Source: Bacillota bacterium
GTDB taxonomy: Bacteria; Bacillota; Clostridia; Christensenellales; CAMQZB01
NCBI GenBank assembly: GCA_044426085.1
Contig: JAWXUU010000001.1
Location: forward strand, 15,084 to 79,083
Length of the DNA: 64,000 bases
Direction: 5' to 3'
Position 1 is the first letter of the stretch; every line of letters begins with the position of its first letter. Positions 44,673 through 55,600 of the stretch are shown here, piece after piece. The notes beneath the pieces were generated by a model that did no database searches, was not told the origin of the DNA, and saw only the letters and a program-made list of their open reading frames with translations. Position numbers and translations under genes: made by a program.

Positions 44673-45632
44673 TTATATCTCACATCCGTTTTTTTGCGAA
44701 CGTTTAATATTCTGATAATAAGATTTTGGATTGTATGATTGCTTCTGAAAAGCCAATGCTTTACCAATCGTTGTTTTGCCATACCCTGTCTTGTCCCACT
44801 TTTCTCGATAAAGTCTGCTCTTTTGAAAAATGCTTGTTATTTCATCGGGATTCTTTGTGTAGAATGAAATTCCCAAACAAAGTGATAGGTCTGCTTTTGA
44901 ATGGTCATTGCCACAAGCTGAAATATCACCACACATGAGAGCTCTATACTTTGGATGACTCATGAGCTTTTCAATTATGAAACTTTCATCAACGCTAGCG
45001 TTCTCGTAGTCTGGCATAGCTTTCACAATCTTAGATTTCTTTCCAAAGAACTTTTCATTCATTGCTGCTAGATTGTCATAATGAAGTAGCTTGCTTTCTG
45101 ATTCTTTCATTTTTGCACCCGTCATACTGATAAAACGCACGTCATCATACATCTCCAATGTATTAGTTCTATTGATATAATCTTTAGGCAAATCGCCTTT
45201 GCAGAAAATATGAAAGCCTTTGCCTGATATTGACTTTTCTGTGTATGTACCTTGAAAAATCTCTAGCACTTTCAATGCTTCACTATCAATACTTGTTTCA
45301 CCGATGCAGTGATCAATATCAATACAGCAAATACCTAAGTCCTTTTGAAGTGCAAAAGCGATTCCAGTGCAGTAGTGATTCATAGCAAATTCAAATGCCG
45401 TCTTATAATCTGACCATGTTGATGGGTCGTTAGATTTTGCCCAACAAGCCTGTTCGTTTATGTTTGGATTCAAAAGTTGTTTGGTTAGTTTACCTGCTTC
45501 TTTCTTATTTGGGAAAGAACGAAAGGCAACCCAATTAGGCAACTTCTTCATCTCTTCAGGTATATACCACTCGTAAGAATTTTGTCGAAACTTGCTGTTT
45601 GCAAGTGTATTTGATAAATATTTTGTATTCAT
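44673..45632 (-). CDS. AEP-family primase-polymerase with a PriCT-like C-terminal domain
   Basis: NWVAFR, GIAFAL, CIDIDHC (DxD) and SISGKGFHIF. The C-terminal NDHSKADLSLCLGISFYTKNPDEITSIFQKSRLYREKWDK is PriCT-like. Confidence 0.75.
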   Translation of the reverse strand: MNTKYLSNTLANSKFRQNSYEWYIPEEMKKLPNWVAFRSFPNKKEAGKLTKQLLNPNINEQACWAKSNDPSTWSDYKTAFEFAMNHYCTGIAFALQKDLGICCIDIDHCIGETSIDSEALKVLEIFQGTYTEKSISGKGFHIFCKGDLPKDYINRTNTLEMYDDVRFISMTGAKMKESESKLLHYDNLAAMNEKFFGKKSKIVKAMPDYENASVDESFIIEKLMSHPKYRALMCGDISACGNDHSKADLSLCLGISFYTKNPDEITSIFQKSRLYREKWDKTGYGKTTIGKALAFQKQSYNPKSYYQNIKRSQKNGCEI

Positions 45633-45680
45633 GTGCTTATCCTTTTGTAATTTTTAATTTTTCGCTCGCTCAGACGCATT

Positions 45681-48404
45681 CTAAGCGGAAAGTTGTTTTG
45701 GAATTTCATTTTCGGCGAGAATTTTTTGCTCACTTTTAACCTCCGTTGTCGGTTTTTCACCAAAGATTTCTCTGAGATAGTTTGGAGCTTCAATTTCTAC
45801 TGCCACCCTTTGTTGTGGTGATATGATTGAGAACATATGACCTCTTTCAGCTTTACTTATAAAATTAACTTCATTTTCGTTGAGTGGCTTCGTTGATTTG
45901 TATAGTTCTATAACATCATTGAGTGCATTCGCTGGCAGTTTGAATATAAATGAATACTGACACGCATTGATGATAGCTTTTGTTTTATCTGCCACATCTG
46001 AAGAAGATATAAAGTCACCAATGTTTTGCGTTGTGAACATGATATTGCCATAGTATTTACGAATACGTCTTGCCATTTGAGCAAAGAAGTTCAGAGCTGC
46101 TATCATTTCTTTATCAAAATAAACGTGTGCTTCATCTATAAACAAAATAATTTTTCGCTCAATACCAAATTTTTCGTTTAGCTCTTTGTTCTTGATAACT
46201 TCCAAATTGCAGAACCTCAGAATTAGTAACATCTGAGCATTTGCCAAAGTTTTGTTCTCCGTTATGAGCATAGACCTAAAATCAAAGTTAATGAAATTTG
46301 AATCTATCTGCATGGTTGTGTAACCATTCCACAAATTAGCATATCTGCCTTGATGTGAAAATTTAGATATATAGTTGAGTAGCAACCTTAATGGTGGCAA
46401 TTCAAATTCGTATTTAGACTGCAAAATCTTGCTTTCTATAAGTTCATACAAATCATCAAAGATTGGATAATCTTCTGATTTCAATGACATGAAGTCAGTG
46501 TTTTCATCAATATTCTTTTGAGCATACGTTTCAATTATCAATGAGTTGAGCTGTTCAAAAACATCATCAGGAAGTTTTGGAAGTACCACCCTGAAGAATG
46601 ATTCTAAAAACTGCAAGTGTGGATAGAACATTGAAATTCTATATTCTTCCTCTTCTTCTTCGAGCTCCTGCGTGACTTCAAAAGGATTGATTCTACCACC
46701 ATTGGCATTACTCACGTCAATAGAAACACCACCCATGTTTCTAGCAAACTTTGCATACTCACGTTCAGGGTCGAAGATTATAGTCTTTATGTTGCTCGTT
46801 GCATACTTGGCAAGCATGAGCTTACTTGCAAATGACTTACCCGAACCTGACTGACCAATAATAAATGCGTTGCCATTCAGCCTTGTTTGATTATCACGAT
46901 AAAACATATCTAGCACGCAAGGCTCACCGTTCGATTGTCCTATCACTATTCCTTTCGGATCGTTTATGCTATACGATATGAAAGGGAAAACTGCCGCTAG
47001 TGTTGTTGCAGGGATTCCTATTGAATGCCCTATTGTTTGACGTGTTAGATTGTTTGCAATCATCCACTTTGATGTTTCGCCATAGTTATATGACGTCCTG
47101 AAATTATCGTTGTTTATCGCTTTTTTGGCAGCTCTTCTACCCGCCATTTTCATATCTGTTTCATATATTGTCGCACCGAGTGACACATCATAAAGGTGGT
47201 CATTCCCAAGTTGCAACTGCTTTAGCGATTCCTTTAATGAATTGATGTGAATTTCTATACCCATCTTCACCGACTCATCTTGCTCTTGCATAAACCTTAA
47301 CTTTAGTCCCCGTATAGATTTGTCAATATCTTTCATCGCCCTATCACGAGGTCGCAACTTGATTTTCATCGTAACCCTAGAATTTGGAAGATGAAATAGA
47401 TTATACCCCCATGCATTGCCAACTTCGATTGGATAATCTGCAACTGCGATATGACTGGTGATAACATCATCAACTATCGCTCTGTTGAACTTGATATTAA
47501 TATTTGAGGGCATGAGATACTCATACACTTGCTCTTTCGTGTAGCCATCATGTAAAAAGTCATGCTTTTCATTACTGTATAAATCCTCTTCATTTAAGAA
47601 TGGTGTCCACGCATTTTTAACAAATATTCCTAGCTCTTCATTATTGAGAATTTTGGAGCGGATATCTAGCTTGCCAATTTCAAGCGATATTTGCCTTGCT
47701 ATTTCTTCAGCTTGAGTTTTATAATCTGCTATGATTTGCAAATAAAAATGTTCTGCTTGAAGTCCACCTGATTCAAGTTCTTCATACATCTCACCATTTT
47801 TCATCAGTATAAACATTCGCTTGTCATACTCATCTTTTGTCATCTGACCGCTCTTATAATACTGCGTTAAAACTTCAACTTTACTCACGTTGTTCTCGTA
47901 TATAATTTCGCCATATGATATCGCCCTGTTTAGCTTGATGATATGTATTTCTGAATGCTCAATATCTGCTAGAGCTGCAAAACACATCGACATTTTATAA
48001 ATGATACTGTCCTGTTCTTCTTCATTTTTGAGGGCAAATGGAATTGGTTTTATTTCTATAATTTTTGAACACATCTTTTCATAGTACAGCGTGTCATCTT
48101 GAATTTTTTGAACTGATTGCATTATCTTCATATCTTCTTTTTCTTTGGTAAAAGTTTTCTTTGATACTAAGTGCAACAAATATCCAAATGTTATTTGATA
48201 AATTCTATCACCATCCACTTGCGTGAGCGACAGTATAATAAGCACTATAAGCCCCGCCACAAGATACCATTTGATTTCAATGTTTGAAAGTGATAGACCT
48301 GCAACAACTATCAACCCTACCGCAATGATTAATATATCAAGTAGCGAAAGAAACTTGAAAAAATTATTTCTATATTTGGAATTTTTTGGTATAACTCTTA
48401 ACAT
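45681..48404 (-). CDS. VirB4-family conjugative ATPase with N-terminal TM (VirB3-like) region
   Basis: Two N-terminal TM helices. Walker A IIGQSGSGKSFASK and Walker B ILFIDEAHVYF. ATG 48404 is preferred, with an AAGGAGG RBS. Confidence 0.85.
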   Translation of the reverse strand: MLRVIPKNSKYRNNFFKFLSLLDILIIAVGLIVVAGLSLSNIEIKWYLVAGLIVLIILSLTQVDGDRIYQITFGYLLHLVSKKTFTKEKEDMKIMQSVQKIQDDTLYYEKMCSKIIEIKPIPFALKNEEEQDSIIYKMSMCFAALADIEHSEIHIIKLNRAISYGEIIYENNVSKVEVLTQYYKSGQMTKDEYDKRMFILMKNGEMYEELESGGLQAEHFYLQIIADYKTQAEEIARQISLEIGKLDIRSKILNNEELGIFVKNAWTPFLNEEDLYSNEKHDFLHDGYTKEQVYEYLMPSNINIKFNRAIVDDVITSHIAVADYPIEVGNAWGYNLFHLPNSRVTMKIKLRPRDRAMKDIDKSIRGLKLRFMQEQDESVKMGIEIHINSLKESLKQLQLGNDHLYDVSLGATIYETDMKMAGRRAAKKAINNDNFRTSYNYGETSKWMIANNLTRQTIGHSIGIPATTLAAVFPFISYSINDPKGIVIGQSNGEPCVLDMFYRDNQTRLNGNAFIIGQSGSGKSFASKLMLAKYATSNIKTIIFDPEREYAKFARNMGGVSIDVSNANGGRINPFEVTQELEEEEEEYRISMFYPHLQFLESFFRVVLPKLPDDVFEQLNSLIIETYAQKNIDENTDFMSLKSEDYPIFDDLYELIESKILQSKYEFELPPLRLLLNYISKFSHQGRYANLWNGYTTMQIDSNFINFDFRSMLITENKTLANAQMLLILRFCNLEVIKNKELNEKFGIERKIILFIDEAHVYFDKEMIAALNFFAQMARRIRKYYGNIMFTTQNIGDFISSSDVADKTKAIINACQYSFIFKLPANALNDVIELYKSTKPLNENEVNFISKAERGHMFSIISPQQRVAVEIEAPNYLREIFGEKPTTEVKSEQKILAENEIPKQLSA

Positions 48405-48414
48405 ACTAACCTCC

Positions 48415-51400
48415 TTATGGTTTACCCGCAGAGCCACTGCCACCTTGTGTCTTATTTATCCAGTCCTTCATCGTTTCGCCAAATCTTGAACTGCCTACAC
48501 TAGATGAAACATAGCCTCCTGCTCCTTTACCAAAGTTTGATACAATTCCTTTAAATCCACCCGACGTGCCACCTTGAACTGCACCCGAAATGCCTCCAAC
48601 AGTAAGTCCTGCTCCATGCTTTGCAGTTGTCGCAACTGTTCTCGCCGCATAAACTCCCGTGCCAATCGCAACACCAGCACCAACTTTAGCCATATTCATA
48701 AGTGCCATTTGACTGCCCACATTTTGTTGATGTTCCATGTTTCCTGTTCCTAAAAGTTGAGAGAACACAAGGTTCGCGCCATTCAGAGCGAACGCACCAC
48801 CAATCACAAAAAGCAGTTGAATAATTCCGTTTGCAACAGAGTTATTAGTATCAAATATCACCCCTGGATTGATTATGATTTTTGGCACAATCATGAAGTA
48901 TAAATTTACAGTGAGAACAATCGCATAGGCTGATATAACTTTAGATATCATCAAGTCACGCCACTGTTTAAACCTCGTGCCGTCATCTAACGGTTGTGTT
49001 GAAATCATGAGGGGTGAAAGGATATAAAGCAGCATCACATCAAATATTCTTTTCACAAACGTGAAAGAACAAAGTATCAAAGACACAAGCATAGCAATGC
49101 ACCCTGCAAAGGCGATGAATACATTTAATCTTGAAGTTGGGATATAATAAATTCCATCTGTATCCGTCCAATTTTCAATGTCCATATAAGCATAGTTTGG
49201 GAAAGTTTGTCCTTGAGAGTAAAGTATACTGTCACTACCAAAAATGGCACTTCTACTTATTTGACCATCGGGAAAAAACATATCCACCGTACTTTCATCT
49301 TTAAAATACAGATTTTGAGCTACTTCCGACCACCTAACACCATCAACTGTCATATCGAAGATTTTAGCCTTATCGTATTCATTTTCAGCAAGCAACATAA
49401 GCATTTGCCCGCCATACGATATCTCCATATTATCGTTAGCATCTTCAGTGCTATATACAAGTCCTTGTTCTAGTGCCATATTTATTTGCCCCATTATAAC
49501 GTTAGTGCAAAAAATCAACACAACGAGAAGAGTTGGAACTAATATAATATTTACAGCACTTGTTATGAATTTTTCAAATACACTGCTCGCATTCACTTTT
49601 TCATCAGACACCTGCATTGCTCTTATAAATCCTATGATTGTAAAGAGAAATAACAACGCAAAGCCTATGCACATCGTTCCAACTAAAACAGCTCTCGTTG
49701 CATCATCATCAAGGAAATAAATCAATAGATTTGATGACTCACCACCGATATTAACATTTTCAAGTCCTACTAATTTTTCAAATAGTCCAATGAGCAAATC
49801 AATTACCCCTGCGACATAAATTGTCACAGACAAGAATAATTCTTTGATTGCTTCGACATACCAAGCATCGGGGTCTTCCTCTTTCACGTTGTTATTAACA
49901 GCTGGAGCTTCAGGACCACAATCAGGGCAATCCATCATGCCATCACCTTCGCATAAATAACATTGAATAAATCCATCATTGCCACAAAGCGTGCATGGTG
50001 CTTGATAGTATAATGAATTATCATAACCAGAGCCATCACAAAATACACAAGCTATGCCATGACTATCTCCACAATCATTTTGACAAGGTATTTCCCCCGC
50101 ACCAAGACAAGTGTTACACACAATCAATACTGCTTCAGTTGCTTCAACTGTTATAGTTCCGCTCACATAAACATCTGCACAGTCAAAGCACGATAGTTTG
50201 ACTTCCACAAAATATTCTGAAGGACTGACCTTCTCTTCTTCGCCATTTTCATCAGTGATTGTTTTCATATCACCCTTGAATGAATATGTGTTTGACGTTG
50301 CGTTTTCTATTTCTTCACCATCAATATACCATTGATAAGTTATTGGATAGTTATATGCATTACCATCAGAATCAACTCCCGCTGCTATAACTTGCAATGT
50401 TTTTGAGGCATACTCTGTTATGGTTGCATCTGAGAAAGCTGAAGTGACTTCTATATACGTTTTTGCCGCAACTAAGAGCGTTACTTTTGAAGATGTTACA
50501 GTAAACCCTTCGTAGCTCGCTTGCACATATATCAAATATTCGCCTGAATCCAAATTTTCGCCTATTGAAAGCGTGCTTCCTGTTTCACCTGAAATAGCAA
50601 CTCCATTTCTATACCACTGATAAGTGATACCGCTTGAACTCGTTGTTCCATTGGAATACCCTACCTCTGCTGACACAGAGAACTTCGCATTTTCACCTTC
50701 TACTATTGACTGCGATTCTATATCTTTTGTGATAGAAATATCTGTCGCTGCCGCATTGACCGTGAGCGTTGCAACAGTGGAATTTATATCTGAAAATCCA
50801 TCTGTAGACACCTTTACATAATAGGTATATGTGCCTGAAGATAAATCACTACCTACAGTTATAGAACTGTCTGTTGCACCCGTTATTTGCACGTTATTTT
50901 TGTACCATTGGTAGCTTATATCACTTGTAGATATTGTTCCATCTGAATATTTCCTTTCAGCAGACACAGCAAACACAGTACTTTCACCTTGAATTATCGC
51001 CACGCTTTGAATATCTTGCGATATATAAAAATCTGTCACCGCAGGTAGCACAGTTAAAACCACGTTTGATGACTTCAAATCATCAAAACCATCCGCTGAA
51101 ATAATAACGTAGATAAGCACTGTACCCACTGCTTCATCTTCTCCAATTACTAGCACATTTTCAGTTTCGCCTTCAATCACTGAACCATTTTTATACCATT
51201 GATAACTAAGTTCTCCTACACTTGTTGTTCCATCGGAATAAATCGCCTCTGCTTCCACCTTAAACACTGTGTTTGAGCCTTCAATAATTGTGACATCTTG
51301 CAAATCTTCATTTATTCCTAAATTGATCGGTGCAGCTTCAACGGTTACTCCAATAGCTGATGATGTAACATCAGATAGACCCGTTGAAGACACCACTGCT

Positions 51401-52188
51401 TTAAAATAATACGTTCCAACACTCAACTGTGAAAGGTTGTATCCATTACTTGTTGCTCCTGAAATCGCTGTTGCCGTGGATGGGACAAAATCTTCATAAG
51501 TTGCCATATGCCATTGATAGCTAACTTCTGCTGTTTCTGCTGAATATTGAACTTCTGCAACTACTGAAACAGCTGTGTTATCGCCCTCTTTAATGACTTG
51601 ACTGCTAATGCTTTCTGATATTATGCAAATTTCAGGACTGCTTATCATTCCATCAACGCATGATTCACAATCTAAAGTTCCACTACCTGCATTATCTTCC
51701 ATGAATGCTATATAGTTTGAATTTGAATAATAAGCGTATGAGTTTGTAATTTTAAAGTATGTACTGCCACTTCCTCCACACGTTGAACAAGCCCAAAACC
51801 AATATTCATTGTAATAATAAGAAACCACACCACCTGTCACCCTCGTATAATCGGAATCCATAGTGTATCCATATCCTGAGCAATCAGGGCAATCCGTTGA
51901 ACCTGCACCCAAGCAATCAGAACACATTGTATCGAGATAACCAAGTAACATGATTTCATCATTATTTGAATTTGTATCTACAAGCCTATTAATAGTATCC
52001 AGTTCACCTGGGTGGCAATCATCTGTGCAAACTTCAATTATATTTCCCGACTCGCAGTATTGCATTGCAAATACTTTTTGCTGTTGCCACACAGTGGATA
52101 AACCACTAAAATAAGACAATACCAAAGCAACAACTAATAATATAGCTATTTTCGGCTTAAACTTTTTGACTCGCATATTATTTTTCAT
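48415..52188 (-). CDS. VirB6/TcpH-like polytopic T4SS membrane protein with a large ectodomain (Cys-rich clusters plus five Ig-like repeats) and a Gly-rich tail
   Basis: Signal or TM N-terminus. CxxCxGxG clusters at aa ~45-180 and ~667-757. Five ~95-aa repeats contain (S/T)YQWY(K/R)NG. At least 6 hydrophobic helices lie in the C-terminal half. The gene sits between the VirB2-like and VirB4 genes. Confidence 0.65.
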   Translation of the reverse strand: MKNNMRVKKFKPKIAILLVVALVLSYFSGLSTVWQQQKVFAMQYCESGNIIEVCTDDCHPGELDTINRLVDTNSNNDEIMLLGYLDTMCSDCLGAGSTDCPDCSGYGYTMDSDYTRVTGGVVSYYYNEYWFWACSTCGGSGSTYFKITNSYAYYSNSNYIAFMEDNAGSGTLDCESCVDGMISSPEICIISESISSQVIKEGDNTAVSVVAEVQYSAETAEVSYQWHMATYEDFVPSTATAISGATSNGYNLSQLSVGTYYFKAVVSSTGLSDVTSSAIGVTVEAAPINLGINEDLQDVTIIEGSNTVFKVEAEAIYSDGTTSVGELSYQWYKNGSVIEGETENVLVIGEDEAVGTVLIYVIISADGFDDLKSSNVVLTVLPAVTDFYISQDIQSVAIIQGESTVFAVSAERKYSDGTISTSDISYQWYKNNVQITGATDSSITVGSDLSSGTYTYYVKVSTDGFSDINSTVATLTVNAAATDISITKDIESQSIVEGENAKFSVSAEVGYSNGTTSSSGITYQWYRNGVAISGETGSTLSIGENLDSGEYLIYVQASYEGFTVTSSKVTLLVAAKTYIEVTSAFSDATITEYASKTLQVIAAGVDSDGNAYNYPITYQWYIDGEEIENATSNTYSFKGDMKTITDENGEEEKVSPSEYFVEVKLSCFDCADVYVSGTITVEATEAVLIVCNTCLGAGEIPCQNDCGDSHGIACVFCDGSGYDNSLYYQAPCTLCGNDGFIQCYLCEGDGMMDCPDCGPEAPAVNNNVKEEDPDAWYVEAIKELFLSVTIYVAGVIDLLIGLFEKLVGLENVNIGGESSNLLIYFLDDDATRAVLVGTMCIGFALLFLFTIIGFIRAMQVSDEKVNASSVFEKFITSAVNIILVPTLLVVLIFCTNVIMGQINMALEQGLVYSTEDANDNMEISYGGQMLMLLAENEYDKAKIFDMTVDGVRWSEVAQNLYFKDESTVDMFFPDGQISRSAIFGSDSILYSQGQTFPNYAYMDIENWTDTDGIYYIPTSRLNVFIAFAGCIAMLVSLILCSFTFVKRIFDVMLLYILSPLMISTQPLDDGTRFKQWRDLMISKVISAYAIVLTVNLYFMIVPKIIINPGVIFDTNNSVANGIIQLLFVIGGAFALNGANLVFSQLLGTGNMEHQQNVGSQMALMNMAKVGAGVAIGTGVYAARTVATTAKHGAGLTVGGISGAVQGGTSGGFKGIVSNFGKGAGGYVSSSVGSSRFGETMKDWINKTQGGSGSAGKP
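50134..51621 (-). repeat. Five tandem Ig-like coding repeats inside the VirB6-like gene
   Basis: Recurrent pattern ..I.EG.N..F.V.AE..YSDGT.S....SYQWYKNG..I.G.T...L.IG......G.Y..YV... Confidence 0.7.
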
Positions 52189-52267
52189 CTACAACGCTCC
52201 TTATTTTTTTGAATGGGATGGGGTTTATACGAACTCCCCTCAAAACGTTTGTTACTGCCTGTATGTA

Positions 52268-52618
52268 TTACGCACCAGTGCCAGTTCCAGTAATAGATGT
52301 AGTCAAATCAATATCAGTAAGCCATGCTGCAAGTTCAGGGATTGCAACGTTCAAGATTACGATTGTTAGGAAAATAGCGACAAAACACACAATAGAGTTT
52401 ACAAGTGCTTTGTTTGCTGCCATGATTTGGTTTTCATCTTCTGCCTTAGATTTCTTAACAAGTTTTGTGATAATTGTGATAACACCAAAAGTTGCAACTA
52501 TTGCTAGAACAACTGGCACAAGCACAGTGTTAAATAGTGAAAGAATTGGTTCTAGAATTGCATCAATATCCAAAGTTGTGCTGTCTGCCATAAGTGTTGA
52601 AATAATGTTTGTTGTCAT
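52268..52618 (-). CDS. Small two-helix membrane protein, VirB2/TrbC-like topology
   Basis: AAGGAG RBS. Two hydrophobic helices are separated by KKSKAEDENQ. The position is adjacent to the VirB6-like gene. The antisense 142-aa ORF is rejected. Confidence 0.45.
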   Translation of the reverse strand: MTTNIISTLMADSTTLDIDAILEPILSLFNTVLVPVVLAIVATFGVITIITKLVKKSKAEDENQIMAANKALVNSIVCFVAIFLTIVILNVAIPELAAWLTDIDLTTSITGTGTGA

Positions 52619-52661
52619 AATGTTTCTCCTTTTTTAAAAAACTTTTTAGGGATTCACCCTC

Positions 52662-55600
52662 TTATTTGAATCGAATTCGCCTTCTTCTTGCGAGTTCGCA
52701 AGCAACTCCCGCAAGGGATATTCCCCCTGCTCCAGTTGCGATTTTGCCCGCTGTGTTCAATTTCCACGCTTTTGAAAAAGTGACCACTGTCGTGTTACCT
52801 GCCTTGTCTGAAACTGTTATTACATACGAACCATCATCAGATATTTCTTCGCCGACTGCATAGCCTACGAAGTCTTTATCATTTTTTGCTACGCTTGCAA
52901 CAACATTTTCTTCATTCCAAATAACACTTGCCTTACCTTCCGCAACACCACCATTTATAAAACCAATGGTTTCTACTGTGGGTGGTATTGTATCTATATA
53001 AACATCGAGTGTGGTTTCCTCCCCACTGATGGTATTTTTATACGTTAGTGCATAATGACCATCGCTTGTCAGGCTGATATCATTTCCTTCAAGCTGCGTA
53101 TACACTAAATCAAAAAACATCATCTGCCATTCATAGTCACTAGGAAGCGTGTAGGTGAACTCTTGCATTTCATTTGTCACCACAACAAACTCTGTATAAA
53201 ACTCATTGCCATAGTCATCTGCGGCAAGGAGCGTATAAAAACCAGAGTCTGATATTTCGCTTGAATAATCTATTTGTTCACCATCTTTCGTGATTGTGAT
53301 TGTTAGATTCTCCCATGTGTCTACCCAAACAGCAGTGCTTGAAATTAAACCATTTTCCACTGAAACTGATATCCCCACAAGGTTATCTATTTCAAATGTA
53401 TAGACTGTTTGATTTCCCGCTTTGTCTGTCATCGTTATCGTATAAAAACCCGAATCAGTGATTTCTTCACCATATTCGTATGTTTCCGAGTTGCCGCCAT
53501 TATGCTGCAAACGCACAGTGACGTTGTCTTCCGTCCAACCGAAAGTTACTATTTCTTGTGTTTTCCCACCATCTGTAACACCCACCAAATAACCTATTGG
53601 AGCGGTTGTATCAATAGTGAAATAATGATGATAAACATCATCGCCACAGTATATCGAAACGATATATTCACCATCCGAAGATAATGTATCGCCCCATGAA
53701 TAGCTACCAAGTTTTGTGCCATCTTTGATAACACCAATCATCGCATCGCTATCTACCATTGTGAATTTAACAGTGCTGTTATGCACAGTAGGGACTGAGC
53801 TTGTAATTCGAGAACCAACCGTTATCGTGTATGGCTTGTCCTTTTCGAGAATAGAAAATTCAAAGGAATATATTCTTCCACTTTCAGTCACAACTTTGAT
53901 GGTATAGTCCCCCACATCTTCAATAAGCTCGCCCTTAGAATATGTTTCCCAGTCGCTATCATTTATTGATATGGTTGCTTCAACATTCATCTCTTCATAC
54001 CAATCAACTTGCACGCTTTCTGTTGTTGTGCCGTAGTTATCCACTCCCACAAGGAATGGCTCTAAAATGACGTTCATAAGGAAAGTACTTTGATAATTTG
54101 TATCGGTTAATGTTGAATACTTGTGTCTTAAAATCAAGGTGTATTCGCCATTATTGATGTATTTATATTCAATATTGACTGTTGCAATATTGTCAGTTTG
54201 AGATTGGGTATATGTATAGCTCTCGCCATTTTTCAAAATCTCAAGTATGTATTTATCTTTATCGTATTCGAGTATCACATTAGAAACCGCCATATTACCC
54301 GATATACCGCTCGTATAAGAAAACGTTGGTGAACCCGCATAAAACTCATAATAATACGAATACGTGTTGCCGTTATGAAGAAGATACACTCTGTAACCAC
54401 CCTCGCCACCAAAGCTATATTCAAGCGTTTGGGCATTTACCGCTGTCCCATTTTTGTCATACATAATTTCATAGCCGTTATACTCAATCCAAACATCTTC
54501 ATAGCTTGTTAGCAGTGTTTTGTTAAGAGTTATTGTCACGCTAGAAGTGGTTTTCGCAAAAGTTACACCGACGTTTTCACTGCCTATATTTACAGTAAAG
54601 CTAATAGCGTTCCCGCTTCTGTCATAAATAGTGATTGTGTATGTATCTTCCAAAGTTAGAACTGGCATTTCTTCATCCAAAAGTCTGTACCACGATGTGC
54701 CATACTGAGATTTAACTTTTATCATAGCTTCAGGATCTATATCGTTTAAACTTGTTATCTGAAAAGATTCATAGTAAAAAACTCCATTATCCAATTCTTC
54801 AGAACTAAATACCACATCAAGTGTTGACCCACTATAATTGGATACGCTCGCTTCTATCGTGCTTATTTCTTTGTCACAATAGACATAGAATTTTGAAGAG
54901 TTACCCGCATCATCAGTTTCTATAATTTCATATAGACCATTGCCACCCACCGCAAACACGCTGCTTATGTTAGTGCCATAAGAGAAATCATAGAATTCAC
55001 CAGTTGCGATATTTTTTACTGTTATCACGCTACTATCGCTGCTTGCAAATGTATAACTTGAAAGCAAATATGCTGTCACTCCATTTATTTCAATAGTTTT
55101 TGAATGCATATCTGCAAACATCTTTGAAGAGCTGAGTAAACTCCCGTTGAAATATTCCGCACTCACAGTATCAGCAAACATTTCTTTAAATTTGCCGTGC
55201 AAGTTTTCTAGTGAAAAATAGCAAGTGTAGGTTTTACCCTCGTAGAATTTGTAGTATGTTCCGCTCGAAACCACTTCACCTTCAGCAAGAATTTCAGCAA
55301 ACACATCAACGCTGTTCCACGTTGCAGAAACAACCATTGAATTCATTGCATATTCGATATAAGCTGCTTCTGCGTTTTCATAACTCGCATAATACATTCC
55401 ATTTATTCCAAAATATTTTGAAACATGGTATACCGACTTTAGGTTAATTTGTTCTTGATTGTAGCTAGGTGCTTTTTTATCAATCTTGATTGTGTAATAT
55501 TTCTTTGTGTTTTTATTTGTGTTATCCACAACGATTTGATATGTCACTTCACTGTTTTCATCTGCCGACAAGTCAAATGTTCCTGCTTGCAATGTGCTTT

